Origin: Candidatus Gallacutalibacter pullicola
Lineage (GTDB): Bacteria > Bacillota > Clostridia > Oscillospirales > Acutalibacteraceae
Length of the DNA stretch: 64,000 bases
Assembly (NCBI GenBank): GCA_018712265.1
Contig: DVHF01000080.1
Location: 855 to 64,854, forward strand
Reading direction: 5' to 3'
Positions 32,828-42,727 of this stretch are shown one piece after another; within the stretch, counting starts at the first letter, position 1; each line of letters opens with the position of its first letter. The notes below the pieces were generated by a model. The model had not been told where the DNA came from. It saw only the letters and a program-made list of their open reading frames with translations, and did no database searches. Both the position numbers and the translations under genes were made by a program.

Positions 32828-33627
32828 ACTGATTTTTCCTTTCGCTTTACTTCATCCCAGAGCTGGTCCAGCTCCTCGAGGGATGACTTTTCCATATCAA
32901 TCCCGCGTTCCGCCGCCAGCTTTTCCACCCCGGCGAACCGGCCGATAAACTTATTGCACGCAAGACTCAGCGCCTGCTCCGGCTCCACGTGCAGGAACCG
33001 CGATACATTCACCACCGCGAACAGCAGATCGCCCAGCTCCTCCTGACAGTGATCCGGATCCCCTGCCTTGGCCGCTTCACGCACCTCTGCCAGCTCCTCG
33101 CCCACCTTATCGAGCGCGCCGGAAATATCCGGCCAGTCAAAGCCGACCTTCGCCGCCTTATGCTGTACCTTGGCGCTGCGCATCAGCGCGGGCAGGGCCG
33201 GGGAGACGCTTTGCAGCACCTCCGTCTGCGTTTTCTGGGATTTTGTTTTCTTCTTGATCTCATCCCAGTTTTTCAGGACATCCGCTGAATTTTCCACCGT
33301 CACGTCGCCGAACACGTGCGGGTGGCGGACGATCATCTTCTTGCAGATCCCGTCTGCGACATCGTCAAAATTGAAGCGCCCGGCTTCCTCCTCGATGCGT
33401 GAATGGAACACCACCTGAAGCAGCACGTCGCCCAGTTCCTCCTTGAGCAGCTCCGTATTGTCTGTGTCGATCGCCTCCACAGCCTCGTACGTCTCCTCAA
33501 TAAAGCTTGCGCGGATAGAATGATGGTCCTGTTCCCGATCCCAGGGGCATCCCCCCGGTGCGCGCAGGATTTTCATAATCTCCAGCAGATCCTCTATCGT
33601 ATACTTATCTTTTTTCTCAAAACTCAT
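32824..33627 (-). CDS. mazG: MazG nucleoside triphosphate pyrophosphohydrolase
   Basis: Tandem MazG domains, with EETYEAVEAID...ELGDVLLQVVFH and ELGDLLFAVVN. Confidence 0.9.
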   Translation of the reverse strand: MSFEKKDKYTIEDLLEIMKILRAPGGCPWDREQDHHSIRASFIEETYEAVEAIDTDNTELLKEELGDVLLQVVFHSRIEEEAGRFNFDDVADGICKKMIVRHPHVFGDVTVENSADVLKNWDEIKKKTKSQKTQTEVLQSVSPALPALMRSAKVQHKAAKVGFDWPDISGALDKVGEELAEVREAAKAGDPDHCQEELGDLLFAVVNVSRFLHVEPEQALSLACNKFIGRFAGVEKLAAERGIDMEKSSLEELDQLWDEVKRKEKSV

Positions 33628-33671
33628 TTTGACACGCTCCTTCCCTTTGATTTTTCCCGGCTCTTTTCATA

Positions 33672-35402
33672 TTACCCGATCCAGCCGCGTTTTTCAAGCA
33701 CCTTTACCAGCTTTTGTCCCTTTGGAAGCATCAGCAGATCGCTGCGGCGGATCGCGCGCAGTCCAAACAGGGCGGCAACATATACGACGAATGCCCCACC
33801 GACAGCCGCCAGCGCCGCGATCCGGATCCCCAGCACCCCGTTCAGGACACTGTACAGCAGGAATGCCGCGAGACAGCACACCGCCGACGCGATCGCGGGC
33901 CGCATGAATACAGAATCCAGATCGAGGCGGATCCCCGTCTCCCGGCGGAGCAGCAGCAACGCCGCGATCGTCAAAAACAGGTAGCACGCCAGCGTCCCGG
34001 CCCCGGCGCCCATCACGTTGATTTCCGGGATCCCCACCAGAAAATAGTTCAGGGCTACCTTGAGTGCCAGCCCCACCGCCAGGATCTTGACCGGAAGATC
34101 GACCCTGCCGATCGCCTGGAGCATACTGTTCAGCGGCGCGCTCAATGACGCGAAGATGGCCGCGATCCCCAAAACAGCCAGAATATGCGCGGTGACGGGC
34201 AGCGACTGCCGTTCCCCGAATACCAGCGCCGTCACCGGGCCGGACAGCACGCACATCCCCAGCCCCGACGGGATACAGAACAGCGACGTGATGCGCAGAA
34301 CCGTTTCCATACTGTGCTTGAGTTCTTCGCGGCTTCCTTTCGTCCATGCCGCCGTGACGTTCGGAAGCGCGCTGATGCCGAATGCCTGCGTCACCGACGG
34401 CACCACCATGAACAGCGTCAGCGCCATGGAGAAGCATCCGAACAGGAAATTCGGCACGGTCCCGGTTTCCAGGTTCACCTGCGGGATCATTCCCTTATAC
34501 ATGCCGAGCACCGTTTCCGGCGCATTTTCCAGCACGTCGTTCATCCGCGTTTGCAGGAACGTGGAATCCACCAGTCCCGCCACATTCACCGCCAGCGCGC
34601 CCGCGCCGATCGGCAGGGCCGTTTTCACCAGCCGCGCCACCACCGACCGCACCGGAGCAGGCTCCGGCGATCCGTCCAGTTCCTCACCCGAAATACCGTC
34701 GCCCCGCCTCTTATGGCGCAGTGCCATATAGATCCACGCCAGCACGGATCCCGCTGTCACGCCCAGCACCGCCCCCGCCGCCGCGAACGGCAGCGCCGCA
34801 CTGCGCGCATATTCCTCCGACTGCACCGCTGCGCCGAATACCGTACCGAACCGCGCATATTCCCGCATGGCGGCCGATACGATCAGCCACGCCAGGCTCA
34901 GGCCGATCACGAGTTTCCCCACAGCCTCGAGGATCTCCGAAACTGCTGTGGGGTACATATTGCGCAATCCCTCATAATAACCGCGGTACACCGATATCAG
35001 GCAGCTGAACAGCACGGCCGGGGCCAGCGCATACAGTGACGGAAGCGCCTCCGGATTTCCGATCGCCCCGGCGTACAATGGCGCGCCGACGGCCATGATC
35101 AGGAATCCCGCCGTACCGGTGATTAAAAAGATCGGGACGGAGACGCGGTAGATCCGGCGGATGTCTCGATACCGGCGGACGGTTCCGTTTTCCGATACCA
35201 GACGGGAAATTGCAATCGGAAATCCCGCGGCGGCGAGACTATGAATCGGCCCGTAGAAATTATAAGCTGTGTTGAAATATCCGAGACCGTCCTCGGTGAT
35301 AATCCAAGTCAGCGGAACCTTGAACAGCGCACCGATTAGTTTCACTAATATGATTCCTGCTGTGAGGATCAGGGCTCCGTGCAGGAAGCTTTGTTTTTTC
35401 AT
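33672..35402 (-). CDS. MOP-superfamily flippase / polysaccharide biosynthesis protein (YabM/SpoVB-like)
   Basis: 576 aa with about 14 TM segments. Position upstream of mazG-yabO matches the Bacillus yabM synteny. Confidence 0.8.
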   Translation of the reverse strand: MKKQSFLHGALILTAGIILVKLIGALFKVPLTWIITEDGLGYFNTAYNFYGPIHSLAAAGFPIAISRLVSENGTVRRYRDIRRIYRVSVPIFLITGTAGFLIMAVGAPLYAGAIGNPEALPSLYALAPAVLFSCLISVYRGYYEGLRNMYPTAVSEILEAVGKLVIGLSLAWLIVSAAMREYARFGTVFGAAVQSEEYARSAALPFAAAGAVLGVTAGSVLAWIYMALRHKRRGDGISGEELDGSPEPAPVRSVVARLVKTALPIGAGALAVNVAGLVDSTFLQTRMNDVLENAPETVLGMYKGMIPQVNLETGTVPNFLFGCFSMALTLFMVVPSVTQAFGISALPNVTAAWTKGSREELKHSMETVLRITSLFCIPSGLGMCVLSGPVTALVFGERQSLPVTAHILAVLGIAAIFASLSAPLNSMLQAIGRVDLPVKILAVGLALKVALNYFLVGIPEINVMGAGAGTLACYLFLTIAALLLLRRETGIRLDLDSVFMRPAIASAVCCLAAFLLYSVLNGVLGIRIAALAAVGGAFVVYVAALFGLRAIRRSDLLMLPKGQKLVKVLEKRGWIG

Positions 35403-35470
35403 TCCGGGTCACTCCTTCCGGAGCGCGAACGCTCTGTAAGGATCGTATGAGGGGGAAAGAGATGATATGA

Positions 35471-36072
35471 GCCAAAGGTGAGCAAAGGATAAAGTTTTCG
35501 CCAGCCTTTTTCAAAAGGCTGCGGGGGCGCGGGGGCTGGCCCCCGTGAAACAGGAACGCGAAGCGTTCCCCCGGAAAGGTGAGCAAACAGTGGAGGCAAA
35601 CCATCCAGTGGATGGTTTGCTGGAACGAATTTGCGATCCCCCAGGCGGAGAGGACACGCAACCGGCGTTCCCATAAAAGCTTTTTGTTTCCACCTAGCCC
35701 TAATGAAGTAGATCAATGCAAAATACAATGAACAGAATCAATGCAAATCACATTGAAATAGGCCGCAAAAAAGGAAGGTTCCCGCCATACAGGGAAACCT
35801 TCCTTTTCCGATACATATTTTTGAATTTTATCCGCAACAGGAACCTGCTCCCACAGACCGGGCTTTTGAGGGCCGGTTCTTGCCGCGGGCAGGCCGCTTG
35901 GGGGCCCGCAAAAGCGTTCGGGCGAACCATCCACCGGATGGTCCGCCCTCTCTGTTTGCTCACCTTTTTGGGGGGAACGCTTCGCGTTCCTGTTTCACGG
36001 GGGCCAGCCCCCGCGCCCCCGCAGCCTTTTGAAAAAGGCTGGCGAAAACTTTATCCTTTACTCACCTTTGGC
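35471..36072. repeat. family-1 palindromic intergenic element, copy 1 (full, 602 bp)
   Basis: Arms at 35471-35585 and 35957-36072 are about 97% identical inverted copies. No ORF with an RBS is present. Confidence 0.8.
35767..35807. terminator. A-tract/hairpin/T-tract (bidirectional terminator shape) at the centre of family-1 copy 1
   Basis: Sequence is AAAAAAGGAAGGTTCCC-loop-GGGAAACCTTCCTTTT. The stem is conserved through compensatory changes in copies 2 and 3. Confidence 0.5.
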
Positions 36073-36078
36073 TGGGTG

Positions 36079-36996
36079 CTATTGCTGTTCCTGATACGGC
36101 TTCCCGGACGCCGCCGGCGCCCCGCTGCGTTTCCTGACAAACCCGCACAGCACCAGAATCGTCACTGCATACGGAATCATCCGAATGAACTGCGTATACT
36201 GCACCCACGACTGAAGCCGGATCTGCACCGCCTCCGCAAAGCCGAACAGCAGTGCGCCCAAAAATCCGCCCAATGCCGTCCAGCGTCCGAAGATGCACGC
36301 CGCCAACGCCATGAAGCCGCGGCCGCTCGCCATGTCCTGCGTGAAGAAGCTCAGCTGTCCGATCGACAGGTACGCCCCGCCGATCCCCGCGAGGATCCCG
36401 GAAAGGATCGTCGCAATATAGCGGTAACGATACACGCTCAGACCAAGGCTCGAGAGGACCTCCGGGTGCTCCCCTACCGCCGCCAGACGCAGGCCGAACG
36501 GCGTGTGGCCCAGCAGCAGGCAGCATCCGATCAGGACCGGGAACAGCAGGTATACCAGCGGATTCTGTTTTCCAATGATCTCCCCGACAACAGGAATATT
36601 TTCCACAAACGGAATGCTCCAGTCGGAGAGGGCCGTCACAACGTCGCTCTTGCCGTCCATGTTCCAGATCACCTTGAGGAGCATCGCGGTCATGCCGCTG
36701 GCCAGGATGTTGATCCCGACGCCGCTGACCGTCTGATCCGCCTGATGCGAGACGCACAGGAAGCTGCGCACCAGCGAGATCAGCACCGCGAACAGGATCC
36801 CCGTCAGAACACCGAGCCATGCGCTGCCCGTGAACCAGCTGCCGACTACTGCGCCGAACGCACCTACCAGCATCGTACCTTCCATTGCCATTGCGTTTAC
36901 GCCCGATTTTTCCAGCACGACTGCTCCCAGCGTTACGTAGGCAATCGGCGTCGTCAGGCGCAGGGTGGAATTGAGGACCGCCACAATATCATCCAT
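36079..36996 (-). CDS. ABC transporter permease (BMP/nucleoside-type system)
   Basis: 305-aa polytopic protein. It is the last gene of an SBP-ATPase-permease-permease operon. Confidence 0.85.
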   Translation of the reverse strand: MDDIVAVLNSTLRLTTPIAYVTLGAVVLEKSGVNAMAMEGTMLVGAFGAVVGSWFTGSAWLGVLTGILFAVLISLVRSFLCVSHQADQTVSGVGINILASGMTAMLLKVIWNMDGKSDVVTALSDWSIPFVENIPVVGEIIGKQNPLVYLLFPVLIGCCLLLGHTPFGLRLAAVGEHPEVLSSLGLSVYRYRYIATILSGILAGIGGAYLSIGQLSFFTQDMASGRGFMALAACIFGRWTALGGFLGALLFGFAEAVQIRLQSWVQYTQFIRMIPYAVTILVLCGFVRKRSGAPAASGKPYQEQQ

Positions 36997-38062
36997 TTTT
37001 CAATTCCTCCTTGCCCGTCTTTTTCTTTTTGCGGATAGCCGCGTACAAATGGCTGCAAAGCGCCGGGGCCGCGATCAGGATAATGATGATGCCCTGAAGC
37101 GCCGAGATAAATTTGACCGAAAGATTTGTACCGAACTGCAGAGCAGTGCCGCCCGCGCGCAGGATGCCGAACAGCAGCGCGCTGAACACCACCATGATCG
37201 GCGAGCTGCCCAGCACCGCCACCGCGATGCCGTCGAAGCCGTATCCGGGCGAGAAGCCCATGATCAGGCGGTTGTATGTGCCCATGACCTCCACCGTACC
37301 GGCAAGACCGGCGCACATTCCGGAGATGAGCATCGTCGTAACCATCACTTTCCCGACCGGCACGCCCGCCGCTTTCGCGGAAAGCTCATTCTGGCCCACC
37401 AGCGTGATCTGGTAGCCCAGCACCGTCTTTTTGAGCACAAACGCCAGAATCACCGCCAGCGCAAGGCCGATGAAGATCCCGCACGTCACCTGGCTGCGCG
37501 GGAACAGCTTGGGCAGCCATGCCGCCTCCGGGAACGTCTCGCTCTGCGCCACGGAGCTGCCCTCCGCCATCAGCGGGTAGTTCGTCATAAAGTCGATGAA
37601 AAGGGTAGCTATGTAGTTGAGCATCAGCGCCGTGACAACCTCGTGCACGCCGCGCTTGAGCTTGAGCACGATCGGCAGCAGCGACCACACCGCCCCGCCG
37701 AGCATTCCGGCGACGAGGCACAGCGGGATCAGGACCACCGAGGGAAGTCCCTCGCCGCCCAGCGCCACAAGCGTTGCGGCCAGCGCGCCCATATAGAGCT
37801 GGCCCTCCACGCCGAGGTTCAGCACGCCGCCGCGCATCCCGAACGCCACCGAGAGGCCGCAGAAGATCAGCGGCGTGGACTGGAGCAGCGTCTGCAGGAT
37901 ACCGTTGCGCGTGCCGAGCGCGCCGGTGATCAGCTTGCCGTAGATTTCAAACGGGTTGTTGCCGCTCCCCAGGATGATGATCCCGCCGATCACCAACGCC
38001 ATCAGGAGCGAGTACAGTGGGGTGAGGCTGACTTTTTTCAGCCGCTGTTTAAGCTTTTCCAT
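36989..38062 (-). CDS. ABC transporter permease (BMP/nucleoside-type system)
   Basis: 357-aa polytopic protein that overlaps both neighbouring genes. Confidence 0.85.
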   Translation of the reverse strand: MEKLKQRLKKVSLTPLYSLLMALVIGGIIILGSGNNPFEIYGKLITGALGTRNGILQTLLQSTPLIFCGLSVAFGMRGGVLNLGVEGQLYMGALAATLVALGGEGLPSVVLIPLCLVAGMLGGAVWSLLPIVLKLKRGVHEVVTALMLNYIATLFIDFMTNYPLMAEGSSVAQSETFPEAAWLPKLFPRSQVTCGIFIGLALAVILAFVLKKTVLGYQITLVGQNELSAKAAGVPVGKVMVTTMLISGMCAGLAGTVEVMGTYNRLIMGFSPGYGFDGIAVAVLGSSPIMVVFSALLFGILRAGGTALQFGTNLSVKFISALQGIIIILIAAPALCSHLYAAIRKKKKTGKEELKNG

Positions 38063-39569
38063 CCGCCTGGCCGCCTCCCATCAATCTGCCGAGTTCCATC
38101 GTGGTATATTCCTCTGCGGCGCGGCAGTCCACGATCCTGCCGTCATAGATCACCGCGATGCGGTCGCTCATCTGCATCAGCTCATCAAGGTCCGAGGAAA
38201 TCAGCAGCACGCATCCGCCCGCCTTTTTCTGGCGGTTGAGCTGGTCATGGATAAACGCCGTCGCCATGATATCGACGCCGCGCGTCGGGTGCGCCGCTAT
38301 CATGAATTTGGGGCTGCGCTGCATCTCGCGCCCCACCACAAATTTCTGCTGGTTGCCGCCGGAGAACTCCGAAAGCTTCCGCTCCACGTCGCGCGGGCGG
38401 ACGTCGTAGTGCTCCAGCATGGCGCGGGCCTTGTCCACCACTTTCCCCCAGTCGACAAGCCATTTCCGCTTCCGGTAGTCCGGGGTCTGCTGGTAGCCCA
38501 TCAGGAAGTTTTCCGGAACCTCCAGATCCATCGCGATGCTGTATGCCTGCCTGTCGGCATGGATACAGGAGACGCCGTCCTCCAGCAGCTCCGCTGTGGT
38601 GCGTCCTTTCATACTTTTGCCCTTGTAGAGGATCTCGCCCTCCCAGGAGGGGCACAGCGCGGAAAGCACCTCGATCAGCTCCATCTGGCCGTTGCCCTCG
38701 ACCCCGGCGATCCCCAGGATCTCATGCTCACGGATCGAAAGCGAAATATCCTTGAGCACCTGTACGCCGTTCGCGCTTTTCAGGCTGACGTGATCCATCT
38801 CAAGAACGGTTTCGCCCGGCTCCATACTCTCCCGGATCACAGTGGCCACCTTGTGACCGACCATCAGCTCGCTGAGCTCCTCAATGCTGGTATCGGCTGT
38901 ATTGCGTTCCCCGATCATCTCTCCCTGGCGGAGCACGTACACGCGGTCGGAGATCGCCATCGTCTCCTTGAGCTTGTGCGTGATGATGATGATCGACTTG
39001 CCGCTTTCGCGCAGACGACTCACGACTTTGAACAGGTCGTCCACCTCCTGCGGCGTCAGGACGGCGGTCGGCTCATCGAGGATGAGCAGCTGCGCGCCCT
39101 GGTACAGCGCCTTGATGATCTCCACGCGCTGCTGTTCCCCGACGGACAGATCCCCCACCAGCTTCTCCGGAGGCACCTCCAGACCGTATTCCTGCGAAAG
39201 GCGGCGCACGGTCTCTGCGGCCTCCTTGCGGTCATAAAAGCCGCGGCGGCGCGGCTCCCTGCCCAGCACAACGTTGTCGGCGACCGTCAACGTCGGGACG
39301 AGCATAAAATGCTGGTGCACCATCTGGATCCCCATCGCGATCGCGTCACGCGGGCCGGAAATCTTCACCGGCTTGCCGTCGAACAGGATCGATCCGCTGT
39401 CCGGACGGTATCTGCCGTACAAGATATTCATCAGGGTAGTCTTGCCCGCGCCGTTTTCTCCCAGCAGGCACAGGACCTCCCCCCGGTTGCAGAAAAAGTC
39501 CACGTTTTTGTTTGCGGTATTATTCCCAAAGGTCTTGGTAATGCCGCGCATTTCCACTATTTTTTGCAC
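38049..39569 (-). CDS. ABC transporter ATP-binding protein with two ATPase domains
   Basis: Walker A GENGAGKTT, signature SVGEQQRVEI and Walker B LLILDEPT, plus a second half with SGGNQQK. GTG start at 39569 lies 7 nt after AGGAGG. Confidence 0.9.
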   Translation of the reverse strand: MQKIVEMRGITKTFGNNTANKNVDFFCNRGEVLCLLGENGAGKTTLMNILYGRYRPDSGSILFDGKPVKISGPRDAIAMGIQMVHQHFMLVPTLTVADNVVLGREPRRRGFYDRKEAAETVRRLSQEYGLEVPPEKLVGDLSVGEQQRVEIIKALYQGAQLLILDEPTAVLTPQEVDDLFKVVSRLRESGKSIIIITHKLKETMAISDRVYVLRQGEMIGERNTADTSIEELSELMVGHKVATVIRESMEPGETVLEMDHVSLKSANGVQVLKDISLSIREHEILGIAGVEGNGQMELIEVLSALCPSWEGEILYKGKSMKGRTTAELLEDGVSCIHADRQAYSIAMDLEVPENFLMGYQQTPDYRKRKWLVDWGKVVDKARAMLEHYDVRPRDVERKLSEFSGGNQQKFVVGREMQRSPKFMIAAHPTRGVDIMATAFIHDQLNRQKKAGGCVLLISSDLDELMQMSDRIAVIYDGRIVDCRAAEEYTTMELGRLMGGGQADGKA

Positions 39570-39671
39570 GGGCTGCCCTCCTTGATAACGCGAACGGCGC
39601 TCCCCCGCCTGAAACCCAGGCAGGGGAACGCGCGGTTCTGCCATACTATCCGGATCTGCTTTGAGCGCGAA

Positions 39672-40808
39672 TCAGCCCTCAAAGGTGCCGACCTGCTCCA
39701 GATAAGCGTCGACATCAGCCGGATCCTCCGGGATCGCGACCTCAGCCGCAATCAGGAATTCCTTGATCTTCTCGAGCTTCTCGGTGACGGAATCCGGGAT
39801 TTCCACATTCGTCTCGGAGAACTCAAGCTGGGAAGCGTCGGGGTTGTCCGCCATCGTGACGTTCATGTCGCCGCCGGTGAAGGTGCCGTCGAGGGCCTCT
39901 TTCGCGGAGGAAACAATCACAGCGTCAAGGCCGCGGATACCGCTGCCGATCACGTTGTCGGGAGCGAGACTGTTCTGGTTGCCGTCGTAGCCGATGACGT
40001 ACAGGCCCTCCTGCTGAGCGGCCTCGATGCAGCCCATGCCGGACGCGCCTGCGCCGTTAAACACAATGCTGGCGCCCTGGCTGTACATGCTGGTGGTAAG
40101 CTCTGCGCCCTTGTTCGGGTCGGACCAGCTGCCGACATATGCGGAGAGGACCTCGCAGTCCGGGTTGACGTACTTCGCACCGGCCGTGTAAGCCGCCACA
40201 ACGCTGCGGATCAGCGGGATATCCATGCCGCCCACAACGCCGATCGTGTTCTGGCCCTGGGAATTCGGCAGGTTGCCCTCCAGCTCCATCAGGCCGGCAA
40301 ATGCGCCGACGAGGAAGCATTCATCCGTCTGGCTGAGCATCACGGAGCGCAGGTTCTCAATATCGCCGGCCAAGCCGTCCATAACCATGAAATTCTGCTC
40401 CGGATAATCGTTTGCCACGCGGGTGATGGAATCCACCGCGTCGCCGCCCATCGCGACGATCAGCGCATAGCTCTCGGTATCGGCGAGGTTGCGCAGGATG
40501 CCCTCCAGCTCAGCAATCGCCTTCGGCTCCACAACATCGCACTCAATGCCCTCGGATTCCAGCTGCTGGATCCCCTTGTTGCCAAGATCGTTGAACGCCT
40601 TGTCCCCCAGGCCGCCTGTGCCGGTGACGTAAGCGATCTTGGATTTTCCGGAAGCCTCTGTGGTTTCCTCAGACGCTCCCTCCGAGGACGCCGCCGCGGA
40701 TTCCGTACCGCTTGCCGCACTGCTTTCAGTCCCGGCGGAGCTGCAGCCCGCCAGCAGCACGCTCATCGAAACAGCAGCTGCCAACAGCAGGGAAAGTACT
40801 TTCTTCAT
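39672..40808 (-). CDS. BMP family ABC substrate-binding lipoprotein
   Basis: LLAGCSS lipobox followed by a Ser/Ala/Glu-rich linker. The fold resembles BMP/PnrA. Confidence 0.88.
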   Translation of the reverse strand: MKKVLSLLLAAAVSMSVLLAGCSSAGTESSAASGTESAAASSEGASEETTEASGKSKIAYVTGTGGLGDKAFNDLGNKGIQQLESEGIECDVVEPKAIAELEGILRNLADTESYALIVAMGGDAVDSITRVANDYPEQNFMVMDGLAGDIENLRSVMLSQTDECFLVGAFAGLMELEGNLPNSQGQNTIGVVGGMDIPLIRSVVAAYTAGAKYVNPDCEVLSAYVGSWSDPNKGAELTTSMYSQGASIVFNGAGASGMGCIEAAQQEGLYVIGYDGNQNSLAPDNVIGSGIRGLDAVIVSSAKEALDGTFTGGDMNVTMADNPDASQLEFSETNVEIPDSVTEKLEKIKEFLIAAEVAIPEDPADVDAYLEQVGTFEG

Positions 40809-40848
40809 GTTGCTGATTCCTCCTAAGAATAATGTGAATCCATAAAAT

Positions 40849-41646
40849 TTATAGGAACGCCTCCGACATGGAATGCTGGCACCAGCAGTCCTCGTCGGGA
40901 AGCAGTTCTACCGATTTTGCCAGGAGCCGCTGCACGTCGCCGAACGCGCGGCCCATCACGTCTGTGACCTCGGTGGCGGTTACAGGGCGATCCAGAATTC
41001 CGGCCGCCATATTCGACACAATGCCGATCGCCGCGTAGCAGATCTCAGCCTCGCGCGCAAGCGCCGATTCCGGATAATTCGTGTGGCCGATGAGATCCGC
41101 GCCCAGAGAGCGGTACATCCGGATCTCTGCGGCCGTCTCAAAGCGCGGCCCCTCCATGCAGCAGTACGTTGCGCCCGTGCCCACATGCAGGCCGAGCTCC
41201 TCCGCCGCCTTGAGGACTACGCCGCCCAGGCGCGCGCAGTACGGATGCGTGAGATCGGCGTGGCCGATCTTCTTCTCCTCGGTGCCGTCGTTTTCATAGA
41301 ACGAGCTGTGGCGGTTTTTCGTAAACTCAATGAACTGCTCGAGCAGCACAAAGCTGCCCGTCGGGAATCCGGGGTTCAGGGAGCCGCTGCACGCAGTGGC
41401 AAACATCTGCTTTACTCCAAGCTCCTTCATCGCCCAGATATTCGCACGGTAGTTGATCTGTCCCGGGGAGATGGAATGGTGTTCGCCGTGGCGCGTCATA
41501 AACGCGATCGTCTTTCCGCCGAGCACGCCGATGTTTACCGGCACGCTTCCGTAAGGGGTATTGACGACCTCACGGTGCAGGTCCTCCACGCCGGGAAGCT
41601 GGTAGACTCCCGTTCCACCCATGATTCCAATTTTCGCTGTCTCCAT
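40849..41646 (-). CDS. purine nucleoside / 5'-methylthioadenosine phosphorylase family protein
   Basis: AKIGIMGGTGVY N-terminus and PNP_UDP_1-type core. The ATG at 41646 follows GGAGAGAGGAG. Confidence 0.8.
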   Translation of the reverse strand: METAKIGIMGGTGVYQLPGVEDLHREVVNTPYGSVPVNIGVLGGKTIAFMTRHGEHHSISPGQINYRANIWAMKELGVKQMFATACSGSLNPGFPTGSFVLLEQFIEFTKNRHSSFYENDGTEEKKIGHADLTHPYCARLGGVVLKAAEELGLHVGTGATYCCMEGPRFETAAEIRMYRSLGADLIGHTNYPESALAREAEICYAAIGIVSNMAAGILDRPVTATEVTDVMGRAFGDVQRLLAKSVELLPDEDCWCQHSMSEAFL

Positions 41647-41938
41647 TGCGGACTCCTCTCTCCCCAACGCCGCGCATTTTCCGGCGAAATTCGGGGGATC
41701 CAAACTATTTTTGATATATTTTATCCTCTTGATCTAAAGATAACATTCCTCGTCCCGGATGTCAACAAAACACTTTTCGCTGTCCGCGTCATTTTATTGT
41801 GCATTTCTCTAAATAGTATGTTTTTTATTTCCAGTTTCCATTGTAATTTTGAAAAATCCGTGTTATATTTATGTCAAAAGATGTTCATTTTTAACATCAC
41901 CCTAAAAATTTTTTGCCGGATCCCGGGGGGAAAAATCG

Positions 41939-42727
41939 ATGAATGTAGAAAAACGCCACCAAATGATCCTGGAACTTTTGGAACGGGACTCTTATGCGGA
42001 CATTTCCACATTGAGCCGGATGCTTCAGGTGTCCGAAATGACGATCCGGCGCGATCTGTCACGCATGGATGAGGAGGGGCTTTTGATGCGTGTGCACGGC
42101 GGGGCGCGCCCTGTGCCGAAACGCGGCTTTGAGCTGCCGATCGAGCAGCGCACGCTCTGCCAGCCGTCCTCCAAAAGTATGCTGGGCCGGTATGCCGCCT
42201 CGCTCGTACAGAGCGGAGAGGTGATCGCCCTCGACGCCAGCAGCACTACCTGCGCCATGATCCCGCATCTAAACGTCCCTGTCACCGTGATCACCAACTC
42301 GATCAGCGCGGCCTGCGCGCTGGCCGAAAACGCCAAAGCTGAGGTGATCCTGCTGGGCGGCAGGCTCCGCAAGCCGTCGTTTTCGCTGGTGGGGTATGAT
42401 GTAGGCGAGACGCTCCGCAAGTACCATGTGGACAAGGCGTTCCTGTCCTCAAAAAGCATCGACGCGCCGCACGGCGTCACCGACGCCACCGCCGACGAGG
42501 CCGAATCGAAAAAGGCGATCCTCGCCTCTGCCGCGGAGGTCTTTTTCCTGATGGATCACACAAAGCTGGATTCCTGCGCGTTTTATCAGGTATGCCCCCT
42601 TCCGCAGGCGGGCCGCCTGATCGTTGATTTTCAGCCGGGGATCCGGGAAAAGCACGCGGAATTTTTCTCCAGCTGTGAGAAAAGCTCCGTCAAAGTTCAA
42701 ATCATATCGGAGGGGATAGAAATATGA
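41939..42727 (+). CDS. DeoR family transcriptional regulator
   Basis: HTH region RHQMILELL...ISTLSRMLQVSEMTIRRDL plus a DeoR C-terminal sensor domain. Confidence 0.85.
   Translation: MNVEKRHQMILELLERDSYADISTLSRMLQVSEMTIRRDLSRMDEEGLLMRVHGGARPVPKRGFELPIEQRTLCQPSSKSMLGRYAASLVQSGEVIALDASSTTCAMIPHLNVPVTVITNSISAACALAENAKAEVILLGGRLRKPSFSLVGYDVGETLRKYHVDKAFLSSKSIDAPHGVTDATADEAESKKAILASAAEVFFLMDHTKLDSCAFYQVCPLPQAGRLIVDFQPGIREKHAEFFSSCEKSSVKVQIISEGIEI

Noticed and set aside
35471-36072. Possibility that the family-1 repeats encode conserved peptides (for example ...AFLFLWGLRAPTP..., ...[11 protein letters not shown])
   Set aside because: The peptide similarity follows from DNA identity. The frames lack start codons and RBSs and differ between copies. 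Substitutions between copies are compensatory for hairpins, not synonymous.
35716-38239. Plus-strand ORFs of 440 aa and 424 aa
   Set aside because: They begin inside the family-1 repeat and then run antisense to the ABC permease genes. Arg- and His-rich shadow frames.
37956-40826. 956-aa plus-strand ORF
   Set aside because: It is antisense to four well-supported ABC transporter genes. The sequence is low-complexity and rich in Arg, Ala, His and Leu, as is typical of the reverse frame of high-GC genes. No motifs or RBS are present.
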